A stretch of 64,000 bases of DNA from Malacoraja senta (Eukaryota): assembly GCA_038087875.1 (NCBI GenBank), contig CM075989.1:21392001-21456000 (forward strand), read 5' to 3'. Position 1 is the stretch's first letter. Each line of letters opens with the position of its first letter. Made by a program: the position numbers and the translations under genes. This document shows, one piece after another, positions 27,409-39,815 of the stretch. Below the pieces are notes generated by a model. It was given only the letters and a program-made list of their open reading frames with translations, did no database searches and was not told where the DNA came from.

Positions 27409-28271
27409 TCCATCTCTGGCCTTTGTCCACCCATCTGCCCATCAAATCCTCTTCGATTGCATCCACCTATCACTCGCTAAGTTTTGTCCCGCCTCAACCA
27501 CTTCATCTTTCTCCCCTACTACACTCAAGCAGAAGAAGGGTCTCGACCTGAAACGTTGCTTATCCATATCCTCCCCCAGAGATGCTGCCTGACTCGTCGA
27601 GTTACTCAAGCACATTGCGTTTATTCTCAAGATTCCACCATCTACAGTTTCACCGATTTAACTTAGCGATATTGGACCTTTGGCCCACCGAGTCCATACT
27701 GACCATCGATCACTTGTTCTCCCGCTAGTTCTGCGCACTCCCTAAACACTGGGGACAAGACGGAGGCTGATTAACCTACAAAACTGCATGTCTTGAGGGA
27801 TGTGGGAGGAAACCAGAGGAAACCCATATGGCCACAGGGAGAAAGTGCAAACTCCATACAGACGGCACCTGCGGTCAGGATCAAACCCGGGTTTCCGGTG
27901 CTGTGGGGCAGCAGCATATCATCTCTCCAGATTGCTGACTCAATCTGGTAAATTCCAGCCAGCAAAATCTGATGGGAATCGGTGCAAAAACATGGAGAGT
28001 GTTTCAATGTGCGTCATCGGGCAATAGTGGACACGAGGAAGTTGGAGGTCGGACTCATGGCCGTTACACTTTGCAGATCTTTCTATAACCAAACCATCTC
28101 TAAAGAATCCGTCTCTATCCATGTCTCAGGACAGCATGGACCTATTTGAAGGCCCCAAGGCCTCACACCTGTGTCAGGTGGGAACCTCAGGTGTAGAGTC
28201 GAACTCTGCACCTATAACAACTGGGACTTGAAAATGGCACCAATTTGGCGACTGTATATTGTCTCAGTTTA

Positions 28272-28686
28272 GTGGATTGTCACCTTGTCGTGGTGGAGAA
28301 GCTTGTGTGGACCTGAGATCCTGAGAGCGATGCCGTCTGGAGCTCTGCTCCTGGTAGGGCCACCCATGGCGGTAAGGTCGAGGGGGAGGTCTCTGACAAA
28401 GAGCAATCCAACCAAGACCTCAACGGTGGAACAGGCAGAGGATGATGGCTGAACTTAGTGGAGCGTCACAACGGCTGGGAAGGCGGATGAAGGCTGCAGC
28501 AGAAAAGGGTCTCCGGTCGTCTTGGACTCCATGCCACTGGATCCTGACCCAGATCTGTCGAGGACCGTGGGGTGGCTGTCCGTGCACCAGTCTCCCCACG
28601 TTAAACAAAGTCACGCACAGGCGTCCTCCAACCCTGGAGACACCCATGGTCAGTCATGACCGAAGGGGGCCTAAAAAGAAGAAAGA
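28272..28686 (+). mobile_element. Non-autonomous RTE-derived element (RTE 5' UTR + GAA tail)
   Basis: Starts caccttgtcgtggtggag...cctggtagggccacccatgg, typical of an RTE 5' UTR; ends in an aagaag tail; near-identical copy at 49623-50010. Confidence 0.7.
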
Positions 28687-30852
28687 GTTCAGTCCAGTTC
28701 AGTTTAGTTTATTGTCACGTGTACTGAGGTACAGTGAAAAACTTTTGTTGTGTGCTACCCAGTCAGCAGAAAGACAATACATGATTACAATCGAGCCATT
28801 TACTGTGTACAGATACATGATAGAGTACTACTGCTGTACACTTGTACTGTTAGGTGCTTGTCTTAGATGTATCGAAGTATCTAAGTATCTGGTACTTGTC
28901 CTGAACTGTATACAAAATGAATTTTGCTGTACCTTGGTACATGTGACAAATAAAGTACCACACCATCTGAGGAATGGGTGCTGTTTCGGGTCGAGACCAT
29001 TCGTCAGACTGGGAGTTAAATTCCAGCTGAGAAGCGATGTAAAAAAAAGAAGAGTGTTTCATTGTGCACCATTCCATAATGGAGTCTCAGTCTGAAGAAG
29101 GGTCTCGACCCAAAACGTCACCCATTCTTTCCATCCAGAGATGCCGCCTGTCCCGCTCAGTTGCTCCAGCATTTTGTGTCTACTCCGGCATTTAGTGTAA
29201 ACCAGCATCCGTAGTTCCTTCCTGCACCATACCATTAATATCACTTTGGCGAGCTAACAAATGTTTAAGTTGTGAGTAAAGTTATGATACCAGTTGTGTG
29301 GTGCTGTGGTATTGATGGGAACAGCAGGAGCTGCTGGCGTGATGTTGTGAGTGTGTCAGTGATGAAGTTACTGTGTAGAGGGCTGCGTTAGCAATCTGAC
29401 TGCGTGAAAGGTAAACAGTTTGTTTTGGGAAAACAGCAGAATGCGGAAAATTGGCACCAAAAAGAAAAAGTCACATTCGCAAGGAAGCAAAGGTACAAAT
29501 GTGCGATAGCACGAAGTGAACTGACGCTGTTCGAATGATCTTAGAGACATTTTTAAAAATCATCATCCGCTTTCAGAGATATCTATAGAAATATACAGTA
29601 TATGTAGCCTCACATACACAGGATCCAGGAACAGGGAACATATACTTAACAAAGAAACATAGAAACATAGATAATAGGTGCAGGAGTAGGCCATTCGGCA
29701 CTTTGAGCCAGCATCAGTTCAATATGGAACTTTGAGCCAGCGTCAGTTCCATTCCATTCAATATGACATTGGCTGATCATCCAAAATCAGTACCCCGTTC
29801 CTGCCTTCTCCCTGAAAACGCCGTTGGAATTCAACGCTGTATCTCTAAAAAAAATATACTCATTCTGACTTGGAACTTCCTCTCAAAATCATATCTAAAT
29901 CAGTATTGCATCCATAGATACATAGATACATAGATACATAGAAATTAGGTGCAGGAGTAGGCCATTCGGCCCTTCGAGCCTGCACCGCCATTCAATACGA
30001 TCATTCAATACCAACATCTGTAGCTCCTGTTTCACCTGATCTAATATTCCACATTTTTGAAATATAAAGGAAATGTAACTATTCAAAGAGTCGCTAGTAT
30101 TTTTTATTTTGTCTTTCTGCACAACTTGAAAGATTGATGAAATGTGAACGTGCTGTAATTGATGAACTGTGTGTCTTTGGGTCCTTGTCTGACTAATATT
30201 TAGATATTTCTTTCCCTCAGAAGTAGTTTGACTGCATCAAATGGAAATCATTTCCCAAAAGGTGAGCTCAATTTTTTTTCTGATGTAGTTAAATGCAGGA
30301 CTTTAAATGAAGGTCAAAGACTAGAAATTCTAAATGCTATTTTCCTTGTACTGATGCATCCGAAATACAGACAATTGCTTCTCGCAAATTATAGAACATA
30401 GCTACAAAATCCATTAGTGGCATATTTCTCGCTAAAGACCTGCAACATTTATTTCCTCACCGCAGAAGTATCATTTGGATATCTTGCATTTGCCTTTATT
30501 CTTTGCCGATTTAACAACAATCACCACATTTCAAAAATAATTTACATTGCAAAACATTTTGAGATGCTTTGAAGTGATAAGATACTACGTAAATGCAAGT
30601 TTTCATATGTGATTTGTTTTTTCATAGGTTAACCTTGCGAATTTCATCATTGCCCTGTTCATGTGAAGCTTTTCCAGACACTAGGTTTTCAGCGGCTAAG
30701 TCTGGGAGAATAATTCTTATAGACGAGAGCTGTGACATTTTCTTCACAGACTTAAAAATAAAGGAAGTTGTGGCGTATAGCAAGGAATTATTTACGCAGA
30801 TTGAGATAGGTAATCTATTAATGTTCATAATTTTAGCGTGATTACTACCGAT

Positions 30853-31171
30853 TAGTTTAGTTTAGTTTAATTTAGAGATACAGCTCGGAAACAGGCCCTT
30901 CGGCCCACCGAGTCCGCGCCGACCAGCGATCCCCACACACTAACACTATCCTACACATACTAGGAACAATTTTACACTTCTACCAAGTCAACTAACCTAC
31001 AAACTTGTACGACTTTGGAGTGTGGGAGGAAACCAGAGCTCCCGGAGAAAACCCACGCAGGTCACGGAGAGAACGTACAAACTCCGTACAGACAGCACTG
31101 GTAGTCAGGATCGAACCCGGGTCTCTGGCGCTGTGAGGCAGCAACTCTACCGCTGCGCCACCGTGCCGCCC
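30853..31171 (-). mobile_element. HE1-like V-SINE (full length)
   Basis: Same structure. Confidence 0.88.
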
Positions 31172-32256
31172 TTCAAAGACTTATTCTTACCAGACTTAAA
31201 AATAAAATAAAGTTATTTACACATTGTGGCGTGTGGCAAGAAAATACTTACATAGATTAAGATAGATAATTTATTAATGTTCATAGTTTTTAGCATGGTT
31301 GCTACGAATTATTGATCAAAATATAATACCCCGGCATTTTAGATACCTACAATAATGAGTATAATGCAAAACATTTGCGGGACATTATAAACAGTGATGA
31401 ATATTACTCATGTATTTTACTGTTAGCTTGTGTTATGCGATAGGAACATCCTTATTTAATTAAATAATTATCGGAGCCTTATGCAGTACATCACAATCAA
31501 ATGGAAAGTAATGCTCCATATGTCTCATATATAAGCACTAATCAAATAGTTATTTAACCAATAACTGATGATAACTTTATTTGTTCACATAAAATTTAAA
31601 AAGTGACATCTAAATATATTATCCTTTTCTACAGACTACATGGCTGATAATTGCACTAAATTTAAAGAATACCCAAGTAACTAGCTGTAGCTTCACAGAC
31701 ATCTGCAGTCAAGCATAAAGTCCAGTAATTGGAATCTCACTCCAATATTCGTCCTGAAATGGGGCGGCACGGTGGCGTCGTGGTAGAGATGCTGCCGTAC
31801 AGCGCCAGAGACCCGGGTTCGATCCTGGCTATGGGTGCTGTCTGTATGGGATACATACCTTCTCCCTGTGACCATGTGGGGTTTCTTTGACTGCTCCAGT
31901 TTCCTCCCATACTCTTGTGTCAAGGGTAATTTGCAAGTGTCAGGGGTTATGGGGAGAAGGCAGGAGAATGGGGAGGTGAGGGAAAGATTGATCAGCCCGA
32001 GAGTCCTTGGAGAGGTCGCAGAAGGAGGAGCTACACCCGAGCGGTAGGAGATAAAGTGGAGCGCGGGGCTTGTTCCTTACAGAGGCCCGAGAGCCGTTGG
32101 AGAGGTCGCAGAAGGAGGAGCTACACCCGAGCGGTAGGAGATAAAGTGGAGCGCGGGGCTTGTTCCTTACAGAGGCCCGAGAGCCGTTGGAGCGGTCGCA
32201 GAGGGAGGAGGAACCGAAATCTGCAACGTTCCAAGTTCCACTCGCACTTCAAAAAC

Positions 32257-33282
32257 ATGTATTGTATCCAGGGTAAGGGGAGTATGAGGGCCAGGGCAGT
32301 TTACTGTTCTGGATGTCAGATGTATTGTATCCAGGGTAAGGGGAGTATGAGGGCCAGGGCAGTTTACTGTTCTGGATGTCAGATGTGGGAAGTCATGGAG
32401 TCTGATAGCCCTCCAGACGTCCACATCTGCGCCAGGTGTATCGAGATGGGGCTCCTAAGGGACCGTATTAGGAACCTGGAGCAGCAGCTCGATGACCTCC
32501 GTCTGGTCAGGGAGAGCGAGGAAGTCATTGAGAGGAGTTACAGGGAGGTGGTCACTCCAAGACCACAGGAGGCAGCCAAGTGGATCATGGTTGGGAGAGG
32601 CAAGGGGCACAGGCAGGGACTAGAGAGTACCCCGGTGGCTGTACACCTTGACAATAAGTACTCCTGTTTGAGCACTGTTGGGGGGGACAACCTACCTGGG
32701 GGTAGCGACAGCGGCCGGGCCTCCGGTATAGAGACCAGCCCTGTTGGTCAGAAGGGTAAGGAAAAGAAGAGGAGGGCAATACTAATAGGGGACTCTATAG
32801 TTAGGGGGTCAGACAGGCGATTCTGTGGACGCAGTCAGGAGACCCGGATGGTAGTTTGCCTCCCTGGTGCCAGGGTCTGTGATGTGTCTCAACGTGTCCA
32901 AGATATCCTGAAAGGGCAGGGAAAGGAGCCCGAGGTCGTGGTACATATAGGTACCAATGACATAGGTAAAAAAAGAGAAGAGGTCCTGAAAGGAGAATTT
33001 AGGGAGTTAGGAGGGGAGTTAAAGAGAAGGACAGCAAAGGTAACAATCTCGGGATTACTGCCTGTGCCACGCGACAGTGAGAGTAGGAATGGAGCGAGGT
33101 GGAGGATAAATGCGTGGCTGAAGGACTGGTGCAGAGGGCAGGGATTCAAATTTCTGGATCAGTGGGACCTCTTTTGTGGAAGGTGCGACCTGTACAAAAA
33201 GGATGGGTTGCACTTGAACCTGAGGGGGACCGATGTCCTGGCGGGGAGATCTGAAAAGGCTACTGGGGAGACTTTAAACTAG
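32257..33282 (+). CDS. CR1 ORF1p with CxxC...CxxC zinc finger, leucine zipper and SGNH/GDSL esterase domain
   Basis: Motifs CSGC...CARC, LRDRIRNLEQQLDDL, LIGDSIVRG, CLPGA, HIGTND, DGLHL. The ORF track opens at GTG 32056; the first ATG is at 32257. Confidence 0.88.
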   Translation: MYCIQGKGSMRARAVYCSGCQMYCIQGKGSMRARAVYCSGCQMWEVMESDSPPDVHICARCIEMGLLRDRIRNLEQQLDDLRLVRESEEVIERSYREVVTPRPQEAAKWIMVGRGKGHRQGLESTPVAVHLDNKYSCLSTVGGDNLPGGSDSGRASGIETSPVGQKGKEKKRRAILIGDSIVRGSDRRFCGRSQETRMVVCLPGARVCDVSQRVQDILKGQGKEPEVVVHIGTNDIGKKREEVLKGEFRELGGELKRRTAKVTISGLLPVPRDSESRNGARWRINAWLKDWCRGQGFKFLDQWDLFCGRCDLYKKDGLHLNLRGTDVLAGRSEKATGETLN

Positions 33283-33430
33283 AATGGTTGGGGGGAGGGA
33301 CTCAAATAGAGAAAGCTATTAGACAGTGTGTGAGGCAGGAGGCAGAGAAGGAAAGCACTCAGACCCAACATGTAGGGGGGAAAGAAGAAAACAATAATAA
33401 ACAGAGAATAAGAGGTGGTGGGGTTCTTAA

Positions 33431-36397
33431 ATGGGTGAGCAGAGAAACAGAGGGTGTAAAATGCGGGCGGAAGCAATAGGTAGCAAGGTGAAAAGTAAAA
33501 GTGGCAGGCAGACAAATCCAGGGCAAAAATCAAAAAGGGCCACTTTTCAACATAATTGTATAAGGGGTAAGAGCGTTGTAAAAACAAGCCTGAAGGCTTT
33601 GTGTCTCAATGCAAGGAGCATTCGTAATAAGGTGGATGAGTTGAACGTGCAGATAGCTATTAATGATTATGATATAGTCGGGATCACGGAGACATGGCTC
33701 CAGGGTGACCAAGGCTGGGAGCTGAACATCCAGGGATATTCAATATTCAGGAGGGATAGAGAGAAAGGAAAAGGAGGTGGGGTAGCGTTGCTGGTTAGAG
33801 AGGAGATTAACGGAGTGGAAAGGAAGGACATTAGCTTGGAGGATGTGGAATCGGTATGGGTAGAGCTGCGAAACACTAAGGGGCAGAAAACGCTGGTGGG
33901 TGTTGTGTACAGGCCACCTAGCAGTAGTAGTGAAGTTGGGGATGGCATCAAACAGGAAATTAGAAATGCGTGCAACAAAGGCAAAACAGTTATAATGGGT
34001 GACTTCAATCTACATATAGATTGGGTGAATCAAATTGGCAGTGGTGCTGAGGAAGAGGATTTCTTGGAATGTATGCGGAATAGTTATCTAAACCAACATG
34101 TAGAGGAACCAACGAGAGAGCAGGCTATTCTAGACTGGGTATTGAGTAATGAGGAAGGGTTAGTTAGCAGTCTTGTTGTGCGTGCCCCCTTGGGCAAGAG
34201 TGACCATAATATGGTTGAGTTCTTCATTAGGATGGTGAGTGACATTGTTAATTCAGAAACAACGGTTCTGAACTTAAAGAAAGGTAACTTTGAGGGTATG
34301 AGATGTGAATTGGCCAAGATTGACTGGCAATTAGTTCTAAAATGGTTGACGGTGGATATGCAATGGAAGGCATTTAAAGACTGCATGGATGAACTACAAA
34401 AATTGTTCATCCCAGTTTGGCAAAAGAATAAATCAGGGAAGGTAGTGCATCCGTGGATAACAAGGGAAATCAGGGATAGTGTCAAAGCAAAAGATGATGC
34501 GTACAAATTAGCCAGAAAAAGCAGCATACCAGAGGACTGGGAGAAATTCAGAGACCAGCAGAGGAGGACAAAGGGCTTAATTAGGAAAGGGAAAATAGAT
34601 TATGAAAGAAAACTGGCAGGGACCATAAAAACTGACTGCAAAAGTTTTTATAGGTATGTGAAGAGAAAGAGATTAGTTAAAACAAATGTAGGTCCCTTGC
34701 AGTCAGAAACAGGTGAATTGATCATGGGGAACAAGGATATGGCGGACCAATTGAATAACTACTTTGGTTCCGTCTTCACTAAGGAAGACATAAATAATCT
34801 GCCGGAAATAGCAGGGGGCCGCGGGTCAAAGGAGATGGAGGAACTGAGTGAAATCCAGGTTAGTCGGGAAGTGGTGTTGGGTAAATTGAATGGATTAAAG
34901 GCCAATAAATCACCAGGGCCAGATAGGCTGCATCCCAGAGTACTTAAGGAAGTAGCTCCAGAAATAGTGGATGCATTAGTGATAATTTTTCAAAACTCTT
35001 TAGATTCTGGAGTAGTTCCTGAGGATTGGAGGGTAGCAAACGTAACCCCACTTTTTAAGAAGGGAGGGAGAGAGAAAACGGGGAATTACAGACCAGTCAG
35101 TCTAACATCGGTAGTGGGGAAACTGCTAGAGTCAGTTATTAAAGATGGGATAGCAGCACATTTGGAAAGTGGTGAAATCATTGGACAAAGTCAGCATGGA
35201 TTTACGAAAGGTAAATCGTGTCTGACGAATCTTATAGAATTTTTCGAGGATGTAACTAGTAGAGTGGATAGGGGAGAACCAGTGGATGTGTTGTATCTGG
35301 ACTTTCAGAAGGCTTTCGACAAGGTACCACATAAGAGATTAGGTTACAAACTTAAATCACACGGTATTGGGGGTTCAGTATTGATGTGGATAGAGAACTG
35401 GCTGGCAAACAGGAAGCAAAGAGTAGGAGTAAACGGGTCCTTTTCACAATGGCAGGCAGTGACTAGTGGGGTACCGCAAGGCTCAGTGCTGGGACCCCAG
35501 CTATTTACAATATATATTAATGAACTGGATGAGGGAATTGAAAGCAACATCTCCAAGTTTGCGGATGACACTAAGCTGGGGGGCAGTGTTAGCTGTGAGG
35601 AGGATGCTAGGGGACTGCAAGGTGACTTGGATAGGCTGGGTGAGTGGGCAAATGTTTGGCAGATGCAGTATAATGTGGATACATGTGAGGTTATCCACTT
35701 TGGTGGCAAAAATGGGAAGGCAGACTATTATCTAAATGGTGGCCAATTAGGAAATGGGGAGATGCAGCGAGACCTGGGTGTCATGGTACACCAGTCATTG
35801 AAAGTAGGCATGCAGGTGCAGCAGGCAGTGAAGAAAGCGAATGGTATGTTGGCTTTCATAGCAAGAGGATTTGAGTATAGGAGCAGGGAGGTTCTACTGC
35901 AGTTGTACAGGGTCTTGGTGAGACCACACCTGGAGTATTGCGTACAGTTTAGGTCTCCAAATCTGAGGAAGGACATTATAGCCATAGAGGGAGTGCAGAG
36001 AAGGTTCACCAGACTGATTCCTGGGATGTCAGGACTTTCATATGAAGAAAGACTGGATAGACTTGGCTTATACTCGCTAGAATTTAGGAGATTGAGAGGG
36101 GATCTTATAGAAACGTACAAAATTCTTATGGGGTTGGACAGGCTAGATGCAGGAAGATTGTTCCCGATGTTGGGGAAGTCCAGGACAAGGGGTCACAGCT
36201 TAAGGATAAGGGGGAAATCCTTTAAGACCGAGATGAGGAAAAACCTTTTCACACAGAGAATGGTGAATCTCTGAAACTCTCTGCCACAGAGGGTAGTTGA
36301 GGCCAGTTCATTGGCTATATTTAAGTGGGAGTTAGATGTGGCCCTTGTGGCTAAAGGGATCAGGGGGTATGGAGAGAAGGCAGGTACGGGATACTGA
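33431..36397 (+). pseudogene. CR1 ORF2p (APE endonuclease + reverse transcriptase) with one premature stop at 36272-36274
   Basis: APE motifs GITETW, GDFN, SDHN; RT motifs QHGF, LDFQKAFD, GVPQGSVLGP, FADD. TGA replaces the W of VNLWNSLP seen in other CR1 copies here, and the frame continues to GEKAGTGY* at 36397. Confidence 0.92.
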
Positions 36398-37261
36398 GTT
36401 GGATGATCAGCCATGATCATATTGAATGGCGGTGCAGGCTCGAAGGGCCGAATGGCCTACTCCTGCACCTATTTTCTATGTATCTATGTATCTATGCTTG
36501 AATGACGGAGGTGACGTTTCGGGTCAAGACCCTTCTTCAGAGATGTGTCCATCTACATTTCCTTATCATCGTCTACTTTGATCTGTCATTCTCGCACCTT
36601 ACCCTTCCATATCCCTAGACTCCCCCTCCCCTGACTCTCAGTCTGAAGAAGGGTCTTAGCCCAAAACATCACCCATTCCTTTTCTCCAGAAATGCTGTCT
36701 GATCCACTGAGTTAGTCCAGCTTTTTGAATCTGTCTTCAGACTGAAACACTTGCTGAAACACTTTGAATTATGAAAAATCTCGTGCTTTCCCATCGAGTA
36801 TCTTCATTTAACAGATTGTTTTTATATAAAGTTGATGTCTGAAAATACGAATCAAAATTAAAATAGTATATTAACGCGATATTTTCAGATTTGGTAAAAA
36901 TATATTTTATTAACGTTTAAATTAATTATATTTCATTTCCATGTTAAATGCTTTTGTAATCCCAAAAACGATATATGAAGTATATGTCAAGATTCATTGC
37001 TTACAGAGGATCTGAAATAATTGGCCACATCTCCCTGTGAGATTTGAAATGGGAGTCAAAGTATGTTAAAAAAGATTCAATTCCATCAAATTTTAAATCA
37101 TAACTTCAATAAAAAGAGCAGAGGAAAAAAATTATAAACCAAGAGATTAATGAATTTGTTTTAATTGTCATTTGCAAAATTTAATATTTTTTTTATTAGA
37201 ATAAGCACTGCTTTGGTTAATATTACATCTATGGAATATTTGTGGATATATGTTACTGTTA

Positions 37262-37888
37262 ATATCTGTGGAATTCTTTGCCACAGAAGGCCGTGGAGGC
37301 CAAGTCAGTGGATATTTTTAAGGCAGAGATAGATGGATTCTTGATTAGTACGGGTGTCAGAGGTTATGGGGAGAAGGCAGGAGAATGGGGTCGAGAGGGA
37401 AAGATAGATCAGCCATGGTTAAATGGCAGAGTAGACTTGATAGGCCGAAAGGCCTAATTCTGCTCCTATTACTTATGAACTTATGACCTTATGACATGAA
37501 ACGTACAGAATAGTGAAAGGCTTGGATAGAGTGGATGTGAAGAGGATGTTTCCACTAGCACTAGTGGGAGAGTCTAGGACTAGAGGTCACAGCCTCAGAA
37601 TTAAAGGACGTTCTATTACGAAGGAGATGAGGAGGAATTTCTTTAGTCAGAGGGTGGTGAATCTGTGGAATTCTTTGCCATAGAATGCTGTGGAGGCCGT
37701 TAATGGATATTTTTAAGGCAGAGATAGATAGATTTTTGATTAGTATGGGTGTCACAGGTTATGGGGAGAAGGCAGGAGAATGGGGTTAGGAGGGAGAGAT
37801 AGATCAGCCATGATTGAATGGCGGAGTAGACTTGATAGGCCGAATGGCCTAATACTGCTCCTATTGCATAACCTTATGACCTTATGAC
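37262..37888 (+). mobile_element. Two tandem CR1 3' fragments
   Basis: Two successive 3' ends, each with an (ACCTTATG)n tail. Confidence 0.85.
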
Positions 37889-38062
37889 ATCAAAGCATGA
37901 TACATCTTATAAAAGTGTTTTATATTCAACCGCATATAATAAATACATCTTATGTTTATACACAAACCTTCTGATCTTAGTCAAGCTTTTTGTTGATGGT
38001 CATGTTTACCTCATGAATGATAGCAGTCTTTGCCTACCTTGATCTCACTTGGAAGTTTCTCC

Positions 38063-38190
38063 CCAGGTGCCTCCTCTAACTTCATCTACTTGCATCCGGT
38101 GTTCCCGATGTTGTGGCCACCTTTCCATCGGCAAAACCAAACGTAGACCCGGGGACTGTTTCATCGAACACTTGCACTTGGTCCCTGGGT
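38063..38190 (+). mobile_element. Degenerate Penelope GIY-YIG fragment
   Basis: Frameshifted SSNFIY-CIRCSRC-IGKTKRRPGD-FIEHL, matching a GIY-YIG core. Confidence 0.6.
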
Positions 38191-39027
38191 CATGGGTCAT
38201 GGGTCATTCTCCTTGCTAACCCCATGACGCACATTTAAACTTTAGATGTTACTCTAGACTTTAGAGACACAGCATGGAAACAGGACCGATGGCCCACCAA
38301 GTCCGCGCCAACCAGCGATCACACCTTACACTAGAACGATCCCACACGCTAGGGACAATTTACAATTTTATCGAAGCCAATTAACCTACAAACCTGTACA
38401 TCTTTATACTGTGACTTCATACGTTCATTCGTTACAGGAGCAGAATTAGGCTATTCAGCCCCATCAAGTCTACTCCGTTATTCAAGCATGGGCTGAAGGG
38501 TCTGTTTCCACGCTGCATCTCTAAACTAAACTACAATTTTAAAAGAATTAGCATTGAATAACATTGATATTACAGGCAGTGAAAGCATAATCCACAGGTG
38601 ACAGAAAAGAAAATCGATCAATAAAAATGGTCAACAGCTTCTGCAATCAGCTAATTGCATCTCAATTCCTGGTCTTCATAAATTGTGTTGGCTGTGATTG
38701 TGGTTCATCATTAATTAGATGATGCAAAGGTTTTTACAGTGTGTCCTAGATTTAAAAAAACCATTGTATTGTTTTGATGTGTTAAGCTGACTATTTTATA
38801 GAGGAGATGAAATATGCTTGTTCTCACATACAGGTTAATGTGATGAACTGTAATCTGGAAAGATTTCATGACATAAGCTGCAAAATGTACATTACTATCT
38901 CCACTGAACGATAGTAGTCTCACCCCCAGTCACTCACCCTTTTCTCCCCTCTCCCATCAGGCATGAAGTACAGATGTTTTGAAAACGCACACCTCCAGAT
39001 TCAGGGACGGTTTCTTCCCAGCTGTTA

Positions 39028-39243
39028 GCCACAAAATGCTGGAGTAACTCAGCGGGAAAGCGAACATCTCTGGAGAAAAGGAATGGGTGACGTTACGGTT
39101 CGAGACCCTTCTTCAGATTGAAGAAGGGTCTCGAACCGAAACGTCACCCATTCCTTCTCTCCAGACTTGCTGCCTGTCCCCGCTGAGTTACTCCAGCATT
39201 TTGTGTCTATCTTTGGTTTAAAACAGTTCCTTCCTACATGTTG
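39028..39243. mobile_element. Inverted pair of Penelope terminal modules
   Basis: Palindromic arrangement; 14-bp TSD cttcccagctgtta at 39014-39027 and 39244-39257. Confidence 0.78.
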
Positions 39244-39720
39244 CTTCCCAGCTGTTATCAGGTAACTGGAGGGACCTCTCATTGAGTGCCACAGAAAGTA
39301 GTGGAGGCCAATTCACTGGATGTTTTCAAGAGAGAATTGGATTTAGCTCTTGGGGCTAACGGAATCAAGGGATATGGGGAGAAAACAGGAACAGGGTACT
39401 GATTTTGGATGATCAGCCGTGATCATATTGATTGGCCATGCACCTGTTTTTTTATGTTTCTATGTTTCTATGAGTGCAGTCCTGACTTCCCATCTACTTA
39501 ATTGGAGACCTTTGTACTATCTTAAATCGGACTTTATCGGACTTCAATATTATATCTTTGCACGAAATGTTGTACGCTTTATCCTTTATCTGTGCACTGT
39601 GGACAGCTTAGAAATATAGAAACATAGAAAATAGGTGCAGGAGTAGGCCATTTGGCCCTTCGAGCCTGCACCGCCAGTCAATATGATCATGGCTGATCAT
39701 ATTCAGCTTGATTGTATTCA

Positions 39721-39815
39721 GATTATAGACACAAAATGCTGGAGTAACTCAGCGGGACAGGCAGCATCTCTGGAGAGAAGGAATGGGTGACGTTTCGGGT
39801 CGAGACTCTTCTTCA
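39721..39815 (-). mobile_element. 95-nt solo hammerhead-bearing module
   Basis: 11-bp TSD gattgtattca at 39710-39720 and 39816-39826. Confidence 0.75.

Larger units (their letters stand above)
31995..36496 (+). mobile_element. Near full-length CR1-clade LINE
   Basis: 5' 90-bp tandem monomers, ORF1 (zinc finger, coiled coil, esterase), ORF2 (APE endonuclease + RT), 3' UTR hairpin and 8-bp (TATCTATG)n tail. It splits an older CR1 3' end (gatcagcc | atgcttgaatgacggag). Confidence 0.95.

Noticed and set aside
28442..29095. 217-aa ORF
   Set aside because: Chance read-through across RTE-derived, Rex1-tail and Penelope fragments.
30853..31171. tRNA-like sequences and recurrent ELLPYSARDPGS peptides
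   Set aside because: SINE heads, not tRNA genes or proteins.
34084..36120. Antisense ORFs within CR1 ORF2
   Set aside because: Expected shadow frames of a long coding sequence.
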